Positions 20,953 through 31,137 of a DNA stretch of 64,000 nt are shown here, piece after piece; within the stretch, counting starts at the first letter, position 1; every line of letters starts with the position of its first letter. The notes below the pieces were generated by a model. That model worked only from the letters and a program-made list of their open reading frames with translations, ran no database searches and was not told the origin of the DNA. Both the position numbers and the translations under genes were made by a program. The DNA is from Gammaproteobacteria bacterium (GTDB lineage Bacteria; Pseudomonadota; Gammaproteobacteria; Eutrophobiales; Eutrophobiaceae). The DNA lies in contig CBDCTH010000012.1 in assembly GCA_965222155.1 (NCBI GenBank), positions 1,728,001-1,792,000 of the forward strand, in the 5' to 3' direction.

Positions 20953-21100
20953 TCCCCTCCCAGTAAATGTGCGTTTTCTTATAGGCAGAGCCAGCCATTT
21001 ATCCTGTTTATATGGTTTGTAATACCTGTTTTACAAAAGGGCAAGTTTTGATGACGTATAGCGTATACATATCCTGTATACCTTGTTAAGATTCTAATCC

Positions 21101-21379
21101 ATGATTCAGAGTTTCAAGGACTCAAAGACTGAACGATTTTACGGCGGTCAACGAGTCCAGAGCTTTCAAGGGTTTGCTGATCAGGCGATTCGTCGATTGG
21201 CCGTTTTGGACAACGCGGAATCGTTGCGGGATTTAGCGGGACTGCGGAGTAATCGACTGGAAGCGTTATTCGGTAATCGGGCAGGACAATACAGTATTCG
21301 AATCAATCGACAATGGCGGATATGTTTCCGCTGGGAAGACGACGGTCCCTATGACGTTGAGATAGTGGACTATCACTGA
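21101..21379 (+). CDS. higB: HigB (RelE-family) toxin
   Basis: MIQSFKD...NRLEAL.GNRAGQYSIRINRQWRICFRW...VEIVDYH. Confidence 0.93.
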   Translation: MIQSFKDSKTERFYGGQRVQSFQGFADQAIRRLAVLDNAESLRDLAGLRSNRLEALFGNRAGQYSIRINRQWRICFRWEDDGPYDVEIVDYH

Positions 21380-21392
21380 TGAGGATGAAGAC

Positions 21393-21695
21393 ATGAGCGA
21401 GAATAATATGCGCCCGGTACACCCCGGTGAGATTTTGCGTGAAGAGCTGGAGGAACTAGGCATGTCGGCTAAGGCAATCGCCCGTGAATTGGGTGTGCCT
21501 CAAAATCGGATTTCGGACATTTTGAGAGGGCGACGGGGAATTACTGCCGACACAGCACTCCGGCTGGCTCGCTATCTCAATACGACACCGCAATTGTGGC
21601 TGAACCTGCAAAAAGCCTATGAATTGCGGGTAGCTGAACTCGAAGCGGGCAAGGACATTGCAAAACAAGTGAAACCAAGACAGGAGGCTGCTTAG
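21393..21695 (+). CDS. higA: HigA antitoxin
   Basis: PVHPGEILREE...HTH...RGITADTALRLARY...WLNLQ..YEL. Confidence 0.93.
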   Translation: MSENNMRPVHPGEILREELEELGMSAKAIARELGVPQNRISDILRGRRGITADTALRLARYLNTTPQLWLNLQKAYELRVAELEAGKDIAKQVKPRQEAA

Positions 21696-21893
21696 TTCTA
21701 TGGGCACACGAAACTCTTTTTGTACCCAAACAATCTGACGAGGTAGTAATCAATTGTTTTCGTAAGTTCGCGGAAGAAATCGGAAATACATCGTTTCAAG
21801 TTACTGCGTTCGGTGGCTCTACATTTAATATCGATTTAATTGGCTATTCTGTTATTCTTGAACGCCACCTGAACTGAAAAGGAGGAAGTCATC

Positions 21894-22514
21894 ATGGAAA
21901 ATGAACTGCATCGAGCACCTGCCACCCCTGAAGAAATCTGGGCTATCCTGCGAGAAGTCTCCGAGAAGCAAAAAGAATCGCGGAGAATAGCTGACCAGGA
22001 AATGGAGGAGCTTCGTGAACGGATGAAGGAAACCGATCGGCAGATGAAGGAGACCGACCGGCGCATCGATAAGCGGATGAAGAAGCTGGAAGGGTTGTTT
22101 ACGACGCAGTGGGGCAAGCTGATGGAAAGTCTGGTGGAGGGGGACCTGGTGGCGCTGTTGCAGGCGCGCGGCATCAGGGTGGAGTCCACCTATCCGCGGG
22201 TGAAGGGTCGGCGCAATGGCGGGCATTATGAGTTTGACATCCTGGCCGGGAACGGGGCGGAGCTGGTGGTGGTAGAGGTAAAGACCACGTTGAACGTCGA
22301 CCACGTGAAGCAGTTTCTGGCCAAGCTGGGAAGGTTCATGGAGTATCAACCGGTGTACCGGGGCAAGCAGGTCTACGGTGCAGTGGCGTATTTGCAGGCA
22401 GAGCAGGCCGCGGAGGTGTATGCACAGCGGCAGGGGTTGTATGTCATCCGGGCCACCGGCAGCAGTGCCTGTATCATCAATGATACGGACTTTACACCCC
22501 GGGTGTTTGACTGA
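21894..22514 (+). CDS. Coiled-coil + PD-(D/E)XK nuclease-fold protein (DUF3782-like), copy 1
   Basis: AGGAGG RBS; MKETDR repeats; WGKLMESLV; EFDIL...VVEVKTTL. Confidence 0.75.
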   Translation: MENELHRAPATPEEIWAILREVSEKQKESRRIADQEMEELRERMKETDRQMKETDRRIDKRMKKLEGLFTTQWGKLMESLVEGDLVALLQARGIRVESTYPRVKGRRNGGHYEFDILAGNGAELVVVEVKTTLNVDHVKQFLAKLGRFMEYQPVYRGKQVYGAVAYLQAEQAAEVYAQRQGLYVIRATGSSACIINDTDFTPRVFD

Positions 22515-22965
22515 AACAGGGAAACAGGGGACAGACCTTGCGGAAAACGGGGTCCGGCCCCTATTTTTTACCGACCCCTTTTACCTGTCATTATAAGGAT
22601 CCTGTAGGATTGCACTGAGGGGCGAATCATTCCATTACTAGGTGATGCAATGATCGCGCTGGATTTGTGATGTGCGCCTTCCCTGGCGCATCCCCTGCGG
22701 GCGTCCAAATCTGCTCCGGGCAGATTTGTGACCGGCCAGCGGGTGCCTGCGACGATGATCATAGCCGTAGCTACGGTATGCCTCCCAAAAGCTAACATGA
22801 TAAAGCTTGTCCCGTACACCGATACGGGACCGGACAGATTATGTGTTACAGATACGGACATTATATTTGTTCCTAACACTGCTGTTGGAAAACACTGAAA
22901 TTTGTTGTACATTGGCTATTCTGTTATTCTTGAACGCCACCTGAACTGAAAAGGAGGAAGTCATC

Positions 22966-23595
22966 ATGGAAAATGAACTACATCGAGCACCTGCCACCCC
23001 TGAAGAAATCTGGGCTATCCTGCGAGAGGTCTCCGAGAAGCAAAAAGAAGCGCAAGAACAGAGGAGAAAAGCTGACCAGGAAATGGAGGAGCTTCGTGAA
23101 CGGATGAAGGAGACCGATCGGCAGATGAAGGAGACCGACCGGCGCATCGATAAGCGGATGAAGAAGCTGGAAGGGTTGTTTACGACGCAGTGGGGCAAGC
23201 TGATGGAAAGTCTGGTGGAGGGGGACCTGGTGGCGCTGTTGCAGGCGCGTGGCATCAGGGTGGAGTCCACCTATCCCCGGGTGAAGGGTCGGCGCAATGG
23301 CGAGCATTATGAGTTTGACATCCTGGCCGGGAACGGGGCGGAGCTGGTGGTGGTAGAGGTAAAGACCACGTTGAACGTCGACCACGTGAAGCAGTTTCTG
23401 GCCAAGCTGGGAAGGTTCATGGAGTATCAACCGGTGTACCGGGGCAAGCAGGTCTACGGTGCAGTGGCGTATTTGCAGGCAGAGCAGGCCGCGGAGGTGT
23501 ATGCACAGCGGCAGGGGTTGTATGTCATCCGGGCCACCGGCAGCAGTGCCTGTATCATCAATGATGCGGACTTTACGCCCCGGGTGTTTGACTGA
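22966..23595 (+). CDS. Coiled-coil + PD-(D/E)XK nuclease-fold protein (DUF3782-like), copy 2
   Basis: Near-identical to copy 1; 3 aa longer in the coiled coil. Confidence 0.75.
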   Translation: MENELHRAPATPEEIWAILREVSEKQKEAQEQRRKADQEMEELRERMKETDRQMKETDRRIDKRMKKLEGLFTTQWGKLMESLVEGDLVALLQARGIRVESTYPRVKGRRNGEHYEFDILAGNGAELVVVEVKTTLNVDHVKQFLAKLGRFMEYQPVYRGKQVYGAVAYLQAEQAAEVYAQRQGLYVIRATGSSACIINDADFTPRVFD

Positions 23596-23790
23596 AACAG
23601 GGAAATTGGAAGACGCCTTCACTATCGCCCAGCTGGCCGCAGCCATACGGCGGGTGGATTGTCGTTATGGGCCAGTGACCTGGTGGTTGCATCAACTGGC
23701 CTCCCCCGGCATTGCAGCGTCGCTTCAAATGGATCAAGTCAGCCCCCTGTGACAAGACTTGCGCTGCCCTTATCACCACCGAACTCCCGC

Positions 23791-23876
23791 GATATTTGGG
23801 GTCAGAGTAAAAATACTCAACAACAAGCCACTACCACTTGCCAAACTGACTGTATTTTACTCTGACCCCAAATATC
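23791..23876. repeat. GGGGTCAGAGT-type inverted repeat (REP-like)
   Basis: GATATTTGGGGTCAGAGTAAAA / TTTTACTCTGACCCCAAATATC perfect 22-bp arms; related copy at 62290-62328. Confidence 0.8.
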
Positions 23877-23967
23877 ATCATACCCATTTTTCAACATATC
23901 AAACAGCGCCGATTTGGCATCTCTTGACATCCTCCCGAGCAGTTGCTGATACAAAATTGGACGGTAT

Positions 23968-24465
23968 TTATTCCGGAACCACTCCCAGTACTACTGCCAG
24001 TGAACAATGTGGCGTGAAGTGATTTTCCATGCCGACACACCAATTGTAGTCTCCGCTTTTTGATGGGACGTAAGTGGGTTTTTCATCTTCACTGTTGTTA
24101 CAGAAACACCGGCCACAACTGCCTTTCCCACAACAGTCCCGATAAGAAATGATATATGCCCTGCCATCATCAGGATTGTGACAAGTACCAAGCCAGGAAA
24201 GTGTTGATGGGACCGATCCCGGAGGACAAGTGTCGTAGGATCCACCGCAACAATCACACAGGTATCCATCAATCGCGCAGTATCGCCAATAATCACAGGA
24301 ACGCGCCTCACCTCCCCGGTTGGCTGCTCCTCTCGCCACCGGCAACATTGGCACAACCGAAGCGCCGACAAGTAATACACCCAGTTTAGCTAAAAAGCTT
24401 CGCCGTGAAGTACGGCGCACAAAATACCTGACTATGGTTTCTATTTGGCGTTCAAGCTTCAGCAT
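23968..24465 (-). CDS. mauA: TTQ amine dehydrogenase light chain (methylamine/aralkylamine type)
   Basis: SRRSFL Tat signal; CDYWRYCAIDG.LC.CCGG; SWLGTC and YNWC Trp pair; YRDCCGK..CGRC.C. Confidence 0.9.
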   Translation of the reverse strand: MLKLERQIETIVRYFVRRTSRRSFLAKLGVLLVGASVVPMLPVARGAANRGGEARSCDYWRYCAIDGYLCDCCGGSYDTCPPGSVPSTLSWLGTCHNPDDGRAYIISYRDCCGKGSCGRCFCNNSEDEKPTYVPSKSGDYNWCVGMENHFTPHCSLAVVLGVVPE

Positions 24466-24482
24466 AGTAGTTGTGATAAATT

Positions 24483-25640
24483 TTAATGGGATTGCAGTAC
24501 CATTGGTGAATATCCCAGGTTACTTACCGTACGTAAATATTCGCCACTTATTGCATCATAGATATCCAGTGACGGACTCACGGGAAATGAGGTAAATAAA
24601 AGTGGCTTTGAATCTTGACTGACATGTATTGATGCGACAAGGTTTTTTGTGTTGATGCGCTGAACACGCATTTTTGTATTCAAATCAAAAACCCATATCT
24701 CCTTTCCGGGATCATCATGGCTATATTTTTTTCCCTGGTGCATAACGATATAAAGTCTTTTCGTTTCTTCATGCACTGCAAGTGGCTGCACGCCACCTGG
24801 GCGCCAGGATTCTTCCCTGTCCAATTCAGTCAATAACGACCATCTGTCAGGGAAAGCAGGCTCCTCTTGCGATACATCAACCGGATATATGTAAGCCTCA
24901 TTTGAAAAATACAGCCATTCATTTGCGTAACGAACAGCTTCTTCCTGAACGCTATCCTCCATCGGATCAAAAAATGATTTACTCCTGCCTTTCTTCAATA
25001 CGTTACCCGTTTCATCCAGATAGACACTGAACAAACTCCCATCACCACACAACATATTGAAATGCCGCGGTCCGCTTGGATAGATCAGAACGCAACCCGG
25101 CGATTCTATTTCACCGATAAATTTACGTGATTTAACATCGACTACGCTGACAGACATACTGGGCGTAAAATTATTGATCAACATGAACTGATCATTATCC
25201 GTTAATGCTGCGTGGTATAAAGTGGGGGTTGTAATCGCTCGCTTGGGCGGTATGGGAATTTCATCAACAGGATTGAGGGTGCCGGCATCATACACGGCGA
25301 CAAAATCACTGCGTTTGCCTCGATGCGCCCTGGAGTAGTATGTCTGTGCGGCATAGATCTCCCGTTGATGAGAGGGAATAGTCAGGGAGAGAAACATTAA
25401 TCCCGTGCTTAACATACCCAGATACTCGCCCGTGTCACCATCGATCAAAGTTGAACGACCATCAGCGATGAAATCAAAGACCATATCATTGACCCACACC
25501 CGATGCGGATTGGATATATCTGTCAGTTCATGCACTGTTACCTGCTCAGGTTTTACTTCAGCGAAACAATTTGAAATAACCAATAAAGCTATAATCAGAA
25601 ATAACGGCTTATTCACATTGTGCTCCGATAATGACGACAA
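24483..25640 (-). CDS. mauB: TTQ amine dehydrogenase heavy chain (beta-propeller)
   Basis: Signal peptide; YLGMLSTG, TYYSRAHRGKRSD, NFTPSMSVSVVD, PGCVLIYP, WRPGGVQ. Confidence 0.88.
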   Translation of the reverse strand: MSSLSEHNVNKPLFLIIALLVISNCFAEVKPEQVTVHELTDISNPHRVWVNDMVFDFIADGRSTLIDGDTGEYLGMLSTGLMFLSLTIPSHQREIYAAQTYYSRAHRGKRSDFVAVYDAGTLNPVDEIPIPPKRAITTPTLYHAALTDNDQFMLINNFTPSMSVSVVDVKSRKFIGEIESPGCVLIYPSGPRHFNMLCGDGSLFSVYLDETGNVLKKGRSKSFFDPMEDSVQEEAVRYANEWLYFSNEAYIYPVDVSQEEPAFPDRWSLLTELDREESWRPGGVQPLAVHEETKRLYIVMHQGKKYSHDDPGKEIWVFDLNTKMRVQRINTKNLVASIHVSQDSKPLLFTSFPVSPSLDIYDAISGEYLRTVSNLGYSPMVLQSH

Positions 25641-25690
25641 TAGTTAAGTTACACCAGAATTGGTATCAGATCACATCCTAACATTCCTAA

Positions 25691-25831
<141 letters not shown>

Positions 25832-25865
25832 TAAGATTGCTGCTGATGCTTTTAGATAAAATTTG

Positions 25866-28001
25866 TCATATCTTACCGACCTCGCACATCAGCCCTTTCA
25901 GGTTGGTCGAACCGGATTCAGGTCCGACATTCAGATCATCGGTGAGGAAATTGATGTTACATTCCCTGAAGCCATAGTCCGGCGCTTCTCTTTCCGGATA
26001 CCACCAAGCGAACTCGGCTGCCACCACGCGTGGGTCAATGCCGTCGCTTACTTTTGCCTTATGTTTTACTCTGCCACGCGGGCTTTCGATGTAAATCCAG
26101 TCGCCATGTTCTATATTTCTTGCAGCGGCCGTATCCGGGTGGATAGTCAACAAGGGATCGGGATGTGTTTTGCGCAGTAACGGGCTTTGCCGGTGTTCAG
26201 ATCCGAAATATTCCTGGACGCGCGTTCCGGTCGTTAATACCAGGGGGTATTTTTCCAGAAATTCTGGCTCCCGGGCCGGACTCTCCGGTGGTTCCTGGTG
26301 AAACGGCAGCGGGTCGTATCCCCAGTCCTTGTTTTGTTGTATGTAGAAATCCAGCTTGCCGGACTTGGATTTGAACCCCTCAGTCTCGTATTTCCTGTAC
26401 CTGGGCTCATTGCGCAGGTAATCCATCTCCTTGAATTGTTCCCAGGTGACACCGGCTGGCGCGAGGATGTAGTCCAGGGACTCTTCATAGTTCTCCCAGA
26501 AAGAATCCTCAAATCCCAGTTTCTTGCCCAGTTCGTTGAGGATCTCGACGTCAGCCATTGCCTCGCCAGGCGCATCCACAATCTTGGGCCTGGGGAAGAT
26601 ATAGCCGTGGGATTTCCAGTAGTCCGCGATGTTATCGAACTCGATCCAGGTCTTTGCCGGAAGGACGATATCCGCAAGCTCCGTTGTCGGGGTGGGAAAG
26701 ATATCCGCCACTACCAGGAATTCGATCTTCTTCAGCGATTCATAAACCCGTGACGTATTCGCCCTGACCACCAGCGGGTTGCTGCCCATGACAATCATTG
26801 CCCTGACCGGGTAGGGTTCGCCTGTCTCGATGGCATCCCATATCACATGTGGCGTAATGCGGTTGATAGACGCTGCCAACCGGTAGCGGGTGCCGCCGAG
26901 CATCTTCTCGACATTGTCCAGGAACTGGTTGCCACAGAACTCCATGCGCGGCAGGCCGGGTGGGGGGCCGAACATGACATTGCCGCCGGGGGCATCCAGG
27001 TTGCCGGTCAACGCTGACATATAAATGAGCACGCGATCCGAGTTAGAACAATTGACGCCGTGCTCGATTCCGACGCCCCACTGGATGGCAGAGGGCTTGG
27101 TCTGTGCGAACAGCCTGGCCGCCTCAATGATCTTTTCCTTTGGCACCCAGGAAATTTCCTCGCCGACCTCAGGCGGGTATTCTTCCAGGCGTTCACAAAA
27201 CTCGTCGAACCCCGCCGTATAGTTCTCGACAAAATGGCGGTCATACAGGTCTTCCTTGACCATCACATGCATCATGGCCATAGCCAGCGCGACGTCGGTA
27301 CCTGGTCGGAGTTGTAACCAGATGTCGGCCTTTTCCGCCAGTTGGGTGCGCTGGGGGTCGACGACGATGTAGCTGGGTTTGCGTTTGAGATTCAGGCCCA
27401 GGTTGACGCCGATGTATTCATCGGGATTGGATTTTATCGTGTTGCTGCCCCAGGACATGATGCACTGGGGGTGATTGTCATAATCCACGATGGGGACCGA
27501 CATGCCCAGTTGCTTGGCTACGGCCAGTCTCGGCAGGTAACAGACGTGGCCGTTTGCCAGCACATTGGGTGATCCGAACATATTTGCGACGCGGTATACA
27601 AAGCGATGATGGCTGCGTCCGGTGCCATGTCCGAAGATGACTGACTCCGGTCCGTTCTCCGCTTTGATCCGGTTGAATTTTTCGGCAATGGTACCCAGGG
27701 CTTCGTCCCAGCTGATTCTTTCCCATTTGCCCTCGCCGCGTTCTCCGACCCGCTTTTTGGGGTACAACAGGCGATCCTTGTGGTACTGCAAGTCGGCAAT
27801 GAAGCCTCTTGCCTTCCTGCACAGGTAACCCTTGCTGATGGGGTGATCCATATCACCCCTGATATTCACGGCTTTGCCGTTTTCCAGCGTGACATAGACA
27901 CCGCAACCAGCATGGCCGCAGGCGCGGCAATTGGTGTGGACGACCTCCGTCTCGATTTCCTGGTCTTCGTGGTCAACTACAGAGACTGTTTGTGTGTCCA
28001 T
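25866..28001 (-). CDS. Cytoplasmic bis-MGD Mo/W oxidoreductase, acetylene-hydratase-like clade
   Basis: CRACGHAGC...C.K; RLLYPKKRVGERGEGKWERISWDEA; HVCY putative Cys ligand; AWWYPE; no Tat signal. Confidence 0.8.
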   Translation of the reverse strand: MDTQTVSVVDHEDQEIETEVVHTNCRACGHAGCGVYVTLENGKAVNIRGDMDHPISKGYLCRKARGFIADLQYHKDRLLYPKKRVGERGEGKWERISWDEALGTIAEKFNRIKAENGPESVIFGHGTGRSHHRFVYRVANMFGSPNVLANGHVCYLPRLAVAKQLGMSVPIVDYDNHPQCIMSWGSNTIKSNPDEYIGVNLGLNLKRKPSYIVVDPQRTQLAEKADIWLQLRPGTDVALAMAMMHVMVKEDLYDRHFVENYTAGFDEFCERLEEYPPEVGEEISWVPKEKIIEAARLFAQTKPSAIQWGVGIEHGVNCSNSDRVLIYMSALTGNLDAPGGNVMFGPPPGLPRMEFCGNQFLDNVEKMLGGTRYRLAASINRITPHVIWDAIETGEPYPVRAMIVMGSNPLVVRANTSRVYESLKKIEFLVVADIFPTPTTELADIVLPAKTWIEFDNIADYWKSHGYIFPRPKIVDAPGEAMADVEILNELGKKLGFEDSFWENYEESLDYILAPAGVTWEQFKEMDYLRNEPRYRKYETEGFKSKSGKLDFYIQQNKDWGYDPLPFHQEPPESPAREPEFLEKYPLVLTTGTRVQEYFGSEHRQSPLLRKTHPDPLLTIHPDTAAARNIEHGDWIYIESPRGRVKHKAKVSDGIDPRVVAAEFAWWYPEREAPDYGFRECNINFLTDDLNVGPESGSTNLKGLMCEVGKI

Positions 28002-28086
28002 TATCCTGTCAACACTCTGATTTTAGGCGTATAGCGTAAATGTTAGTTTAAATTTATTTACCATTTATGCTATATTTGGTCATATT

Positions 28087-28884
28087 ATGTCGAGTAATCG
28101 TCAAAATGTGATACCGGATGAACACGGAGATGACGAGGATTTGTCCCGGCAAGTTATTGCTGTAGCACATGACCGGCCTATCGGCTTTCGGGCAACACCT
28201 CATAAGCATTTTCGTGCACAACTCGTCTTCGCCAGTAATGGTGTAATGCGAGTCAGTACAGATAGTGCAACGTGGATAGTCCCGCCACAGCAGGCAGTCT
28301 GGGTACCCGCCGGTGTCACCCATTCTGTGATTAATGATAGTGCCGTTGCATTTCGAACTCTTTATTTGCATCCACGGGTTGCTGATGAACTGCCATCCAG
28401 TTGTTACGTTGTCAGTGTTACGCCTTTACTTCGAGAGTTAATATTATATATGGTAGCTTTACAGGATGATTCGGGTTGCGAATTATCAAATAGGCTTATT
28501 GCAGTAATCCCTGAATTGCTAAAAACACTAAAGCCTGAACCATTACAACTACCATTACCTGAAGACAGGCGATTGCAAATGATCACGAATCATTTGATGA
28601 GTGATCCATCTGACAATCGTTCACTAATTGAGTGGTCCGAACTAGCCGGCGCAAGTCAAAGCACTATAGAAAGATTGTTTAAACGTGAACTAGGCATGGG
28701 ATTTCTTAACTGGCGGCAGGGTCTCCGGCTACTTTCGGCCATTTACATGCTTTCTGATGATGTGCCTGTCACTACTATTGCGTACGAATTAGGTTATGCC
28801 AGTACCAGTGCTTTTATAGCCATGTTTCGTAGAAAGCTCGGACAACCTCCAAAGCAATACATGCAATCGTACAAAATGGGGTGA
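28087..28884 (+). CDS. AraC-family regulator with cupin sensor domain
   Basis: HKH..AQL, WIVPPQQAVWVP, LPLPEDRRL, LGYASTSAFIAMFR. Confidence 0.9.
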   Translation: MSSNRQNVIPDEHGDDEDLSRQVIAVAHDRPIGFRATPHKHFRAQLVFASNGVMRVSTDSATWIVPPQQAVWVPAGVTHSVINDSAVAFRTLYLHPRVADELPSSCYVVSVTPLLRELILYMVALQDDSGCELSNRLIAVIPELLKTLKPEPLQLPLPEDRRLQMITNHLMSDPSDNRSLIEWSELAGASQSTIERLFKRELGMGFLNWRQGLRLLSAIYMLSDDVPVTTIAYELGYASTSAFIAMFRRKLGQPPKQYMQSYKMG

Positions 28885-29157
28885 GGTCGTTACACACTGC
28901 CCCATCAAAGTTTTTCATACCGTAATTCAGGTTCAGCAGCCAAATACGACTATGCGGAATCAAGCGTAAAATTTACGGTATTTTCATTTATAATGTTGAA
29001 TTCCCTAAAACTGAATTGTTTATTTCCGATAGCAACAAGCGACCTGGTGAGAAATCCGGGCTAGTTCAATGCACATAAAAAATGATACAAAATCGCTTGA
29101 TTCTGGATTATATTGTATAGAATTCTCGTCCTGGTGTAACCGCGTGTAGAAGGAAAC

Positions 29158-29622
29158 ATGATTAAACTCAATGTAAATGACAAACATTATGAACTGGACG
29201 TCGAAGCGGACACGCCTCTTTTGTGGGCGCTCCGGGATGAGATTGGATTAACCGGCACCAAGTTCGGTTGTGGAATAGCCCAGTGCGGCGCCTGCACCGT
29301 TCACGTTGATGGAAAACCCATGCGTTCCTGTGTTCTCCCTGCGGGCAATGTCGGCAATAAAAAAATTACCACCATCGAACACCTGGCCAAAGACGGCTAT
29401 CACCCGGTGCAACAGGCCTGGCTGGAATTGCAGGTACCACAGTGCGGTTATTGTCAATCGGGACAACTGATGTCCGCCGCCGCCTTGCTGGCAGATAATC
29501 CTTTACCTTCCGATGCAGATATCGATAAGGCCATGTCAGGCAACATTTGCCGTTGCGGTACATATCAGCGCATCCGCGCAGCCATTCACCGCGCCGCCGA
29601 ATTACAACGGGAGACCTATTGA
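29158..29622 (+). CDS. IorA/CoxS-like (2Fe-2S)-binding subunit
   Basis: [45 protein letters not shown]. Confidence 0.92.
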   Translation: MIKLNVNDKHYELDVEADTPLLWALRDEIGLTGTKFGCGIAQCGACTVHVDGKPMRSCVLPAGNVGNKKITTIEHLAKDGYHPVQQAWLELQVPQCGYCQSGQLMSAAALLADNPLPSDADIDKAMSGNICRCGTYQRIRAAIHRAAELQRETY

Positions 29623-29623
29623 G

Positions 29624-30661
29624 TTGGAGTTATCCGGCCGGGTGGTTACCGGGACAGGCCGGGCTGCGGGTTTTACCGAACTCGGATATGCAAAGAAGCA
29701 ATTTCTCGACAAACTGGGTATCGATACCTGGCCCGGCACACTTAATGTAAAACTGGACGACACAGAGTCACTTGCCGACTGGCAATCACTCAGGGATGGA
29801 GACGGCATCGGTATCAGCGACCCTGACGGTAACAGCTGTCATGCCCGCAGTTACCCGGTACAAATCAACAACCAGGTAACCGGGGCCATAATCTTTCCCG
29901 AGATCAGTGGTTACCCGGCTGACCAGGTAGAGATTATCGCCCCGGTTTCACTGCGCCAACACCTCTCATTGAACGACGGCGACCTTCTCAGACTAAACAT
30001 TATCAGACCTGTCAGAGCCAGCGCTGTCCTGTTTGACCTGGACGGCACGCTGGTCGATACCGTGGGCGCATTTTACCTGCTCGCCAAACTGACCGGAGCC
30101 GAGTTCGGCCTGGAAATATCCAAAGATCGCATGTATGAGACCTTGAATCACGGCATTTCCTATTGGGAGCATGTCGTGCCGAACTCAGTGGAAGATCGCC
30201 CGGCCATGATTGATAAGCTGAACAACAGGGCCATGCAACTCTGGCCCGATATTATCAAAGACAAAGCCGGGGTTTTCTCTGGTGTGTACGAAACCCTGTC
30301 AGCCCTCAAAACAGCGGGTTATACGTTGGGTATAGTCACGGGATCAGGGGAGCGATCCCTGGGATTATTGTATGAACTGGGCGTGGCTGGACTTTTCGAC
30401 GCGGTCATTACCGGCCCCGACGTCAAAAAACGAAAACCGGATCCGGAAGGCCTGTATAAATGCCTGAAACGCATGGACGTTACCCCGGGCGATGCGGTTT
30501 ACGTAGGAGACAGCGTGATCGACATGCAGGCAAGCCGTGCCGCGGGAGTCCTGCCCATAGGGGTACTCACCGGCGCCGGCACGTCTCCCACCTTATGCAA
30601 GGCCGGGGCCTACAGGATCGTCAGCAGCCATGAGCAGGTGATGGATTTACTGGCGACCTGA
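29624..30661 (+). CDS. CTP-dependent riboflavin kinase (DUF120)-HAD phosphatase fusion
   Basis: GRVVTGTGRA, WPGTLNV, EIIAPVSLR..L.LNDGD; then FDLDGTLVD, VTG, KPDPE, GDSVID; probable TTG start at 29624. Confidence 0.8.
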   Translation: MELSGRVVTGTGRAAGFTELGYAKKQFLDKLGIDTWPGTLNVKLDDTESLADWQSLRDGDGIGISDPDGNSCHARSYPVQINNQVTGAIIFPEISGYPADQVEIIAPVSLRQHLSLNDGDLLRLNIIRPVRASAVLFDLDGTLVDTVGAFYLLAKLTGAEFGLEISKDRMYETLNHGISYWEHVVPNSVEDRPAMIDKLNNRAMQLWPDIIKDKAGVFSGVYETLSALKTAGYTLGIVTGSGERSLGLLYELGVAGLFDAVITGPDVKKRKPDPEGLYKCLKRMDVTPGDAVYVGDSVIDMQASRAAGVLPIGVLTGAGTSPTLCKAGAYRIVSSHEQVMDLLAT

Positions 30662-31123
30662 GCGACCTCTGGGAGAATCCAGCTCGTAGCCACGCTGTTC
30701 ATAATCGAATCCACCCAGTTCGAGACGTTTCAGATCCGTTGCCTGCGGCGACGCATAATAGGCCCGGATTTCCTGCATCAAACCCGTACCCGTATCGAAC
30801 ACGACCCACTCGGCGCCACGCAGGACCGTACCCTGGCTGGTCTTGAAATGGGTCCATTCAATCACCGCTTCTCCCTTTTGCGCGTCGATTAGCAAAGCAT
30901 CAATGGTCCAGTACGAACCGCCCTTCCGCACCGCGGCGCACCAGCGTTCGGCGATCTTCGCCGCACCCCGGAATGGCCCTTCATACATACCCGGCGGAAA
31001 ATAATGGATGGCATCGGGCGTGAAGCAACGTATTATTTTCTCCCGGTCAGCCTCATTACAACCGTCGTAGTATTCACGCATCAGGGCTTCCATTTTTGCA
31101 GTGCTCAAATGTTCTATTGCCAT
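30647..31123 (-). CDS. SnoaL/NTF2-like protein
   Basis: YYDGCN..D...CFTPDAIHYFP...AVIEWT...EIRAYY. Confidence 0.75.
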   Translation of the reverse strand: MAIEHLSTAKMEALMREYYDGCNEADREKIIRCFTPDAIHYFPPGMYEGPFRGAAKIAERWCAAVRKGGSYWTIDALLIDAQKGEAVIEWTHFKTSQGTVLRGAEWVVFDTGTGLMQEIRAYYASPQATDLKRLELGGFDYEQRGYELDSPRGRSGRQ

Positions 31124-31137
31124 GATTATTACCTTAT

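Larger units (their letters stand above)
21839..23605 (+). repeat. Direct repeat of about 690 bp (21839-22524 and 22911-23605)
   Basis: Both units start ATTGGCTATTCTG and end CTGAAACAGGGAAA, covering leader plus gene. Confidence 0.92.

Noticed and set aside
21894-23595. Diversity-generating retroelement template/variable repeat pair
   Set aside because: No reverse transcriptase; differences are not adenine-specific and both copies are whole genes
29040-29066. GTGAGAAATCCGGGCTAG as an IS end remnant
   Set aside because: No partner end or transposase fragment found in the window
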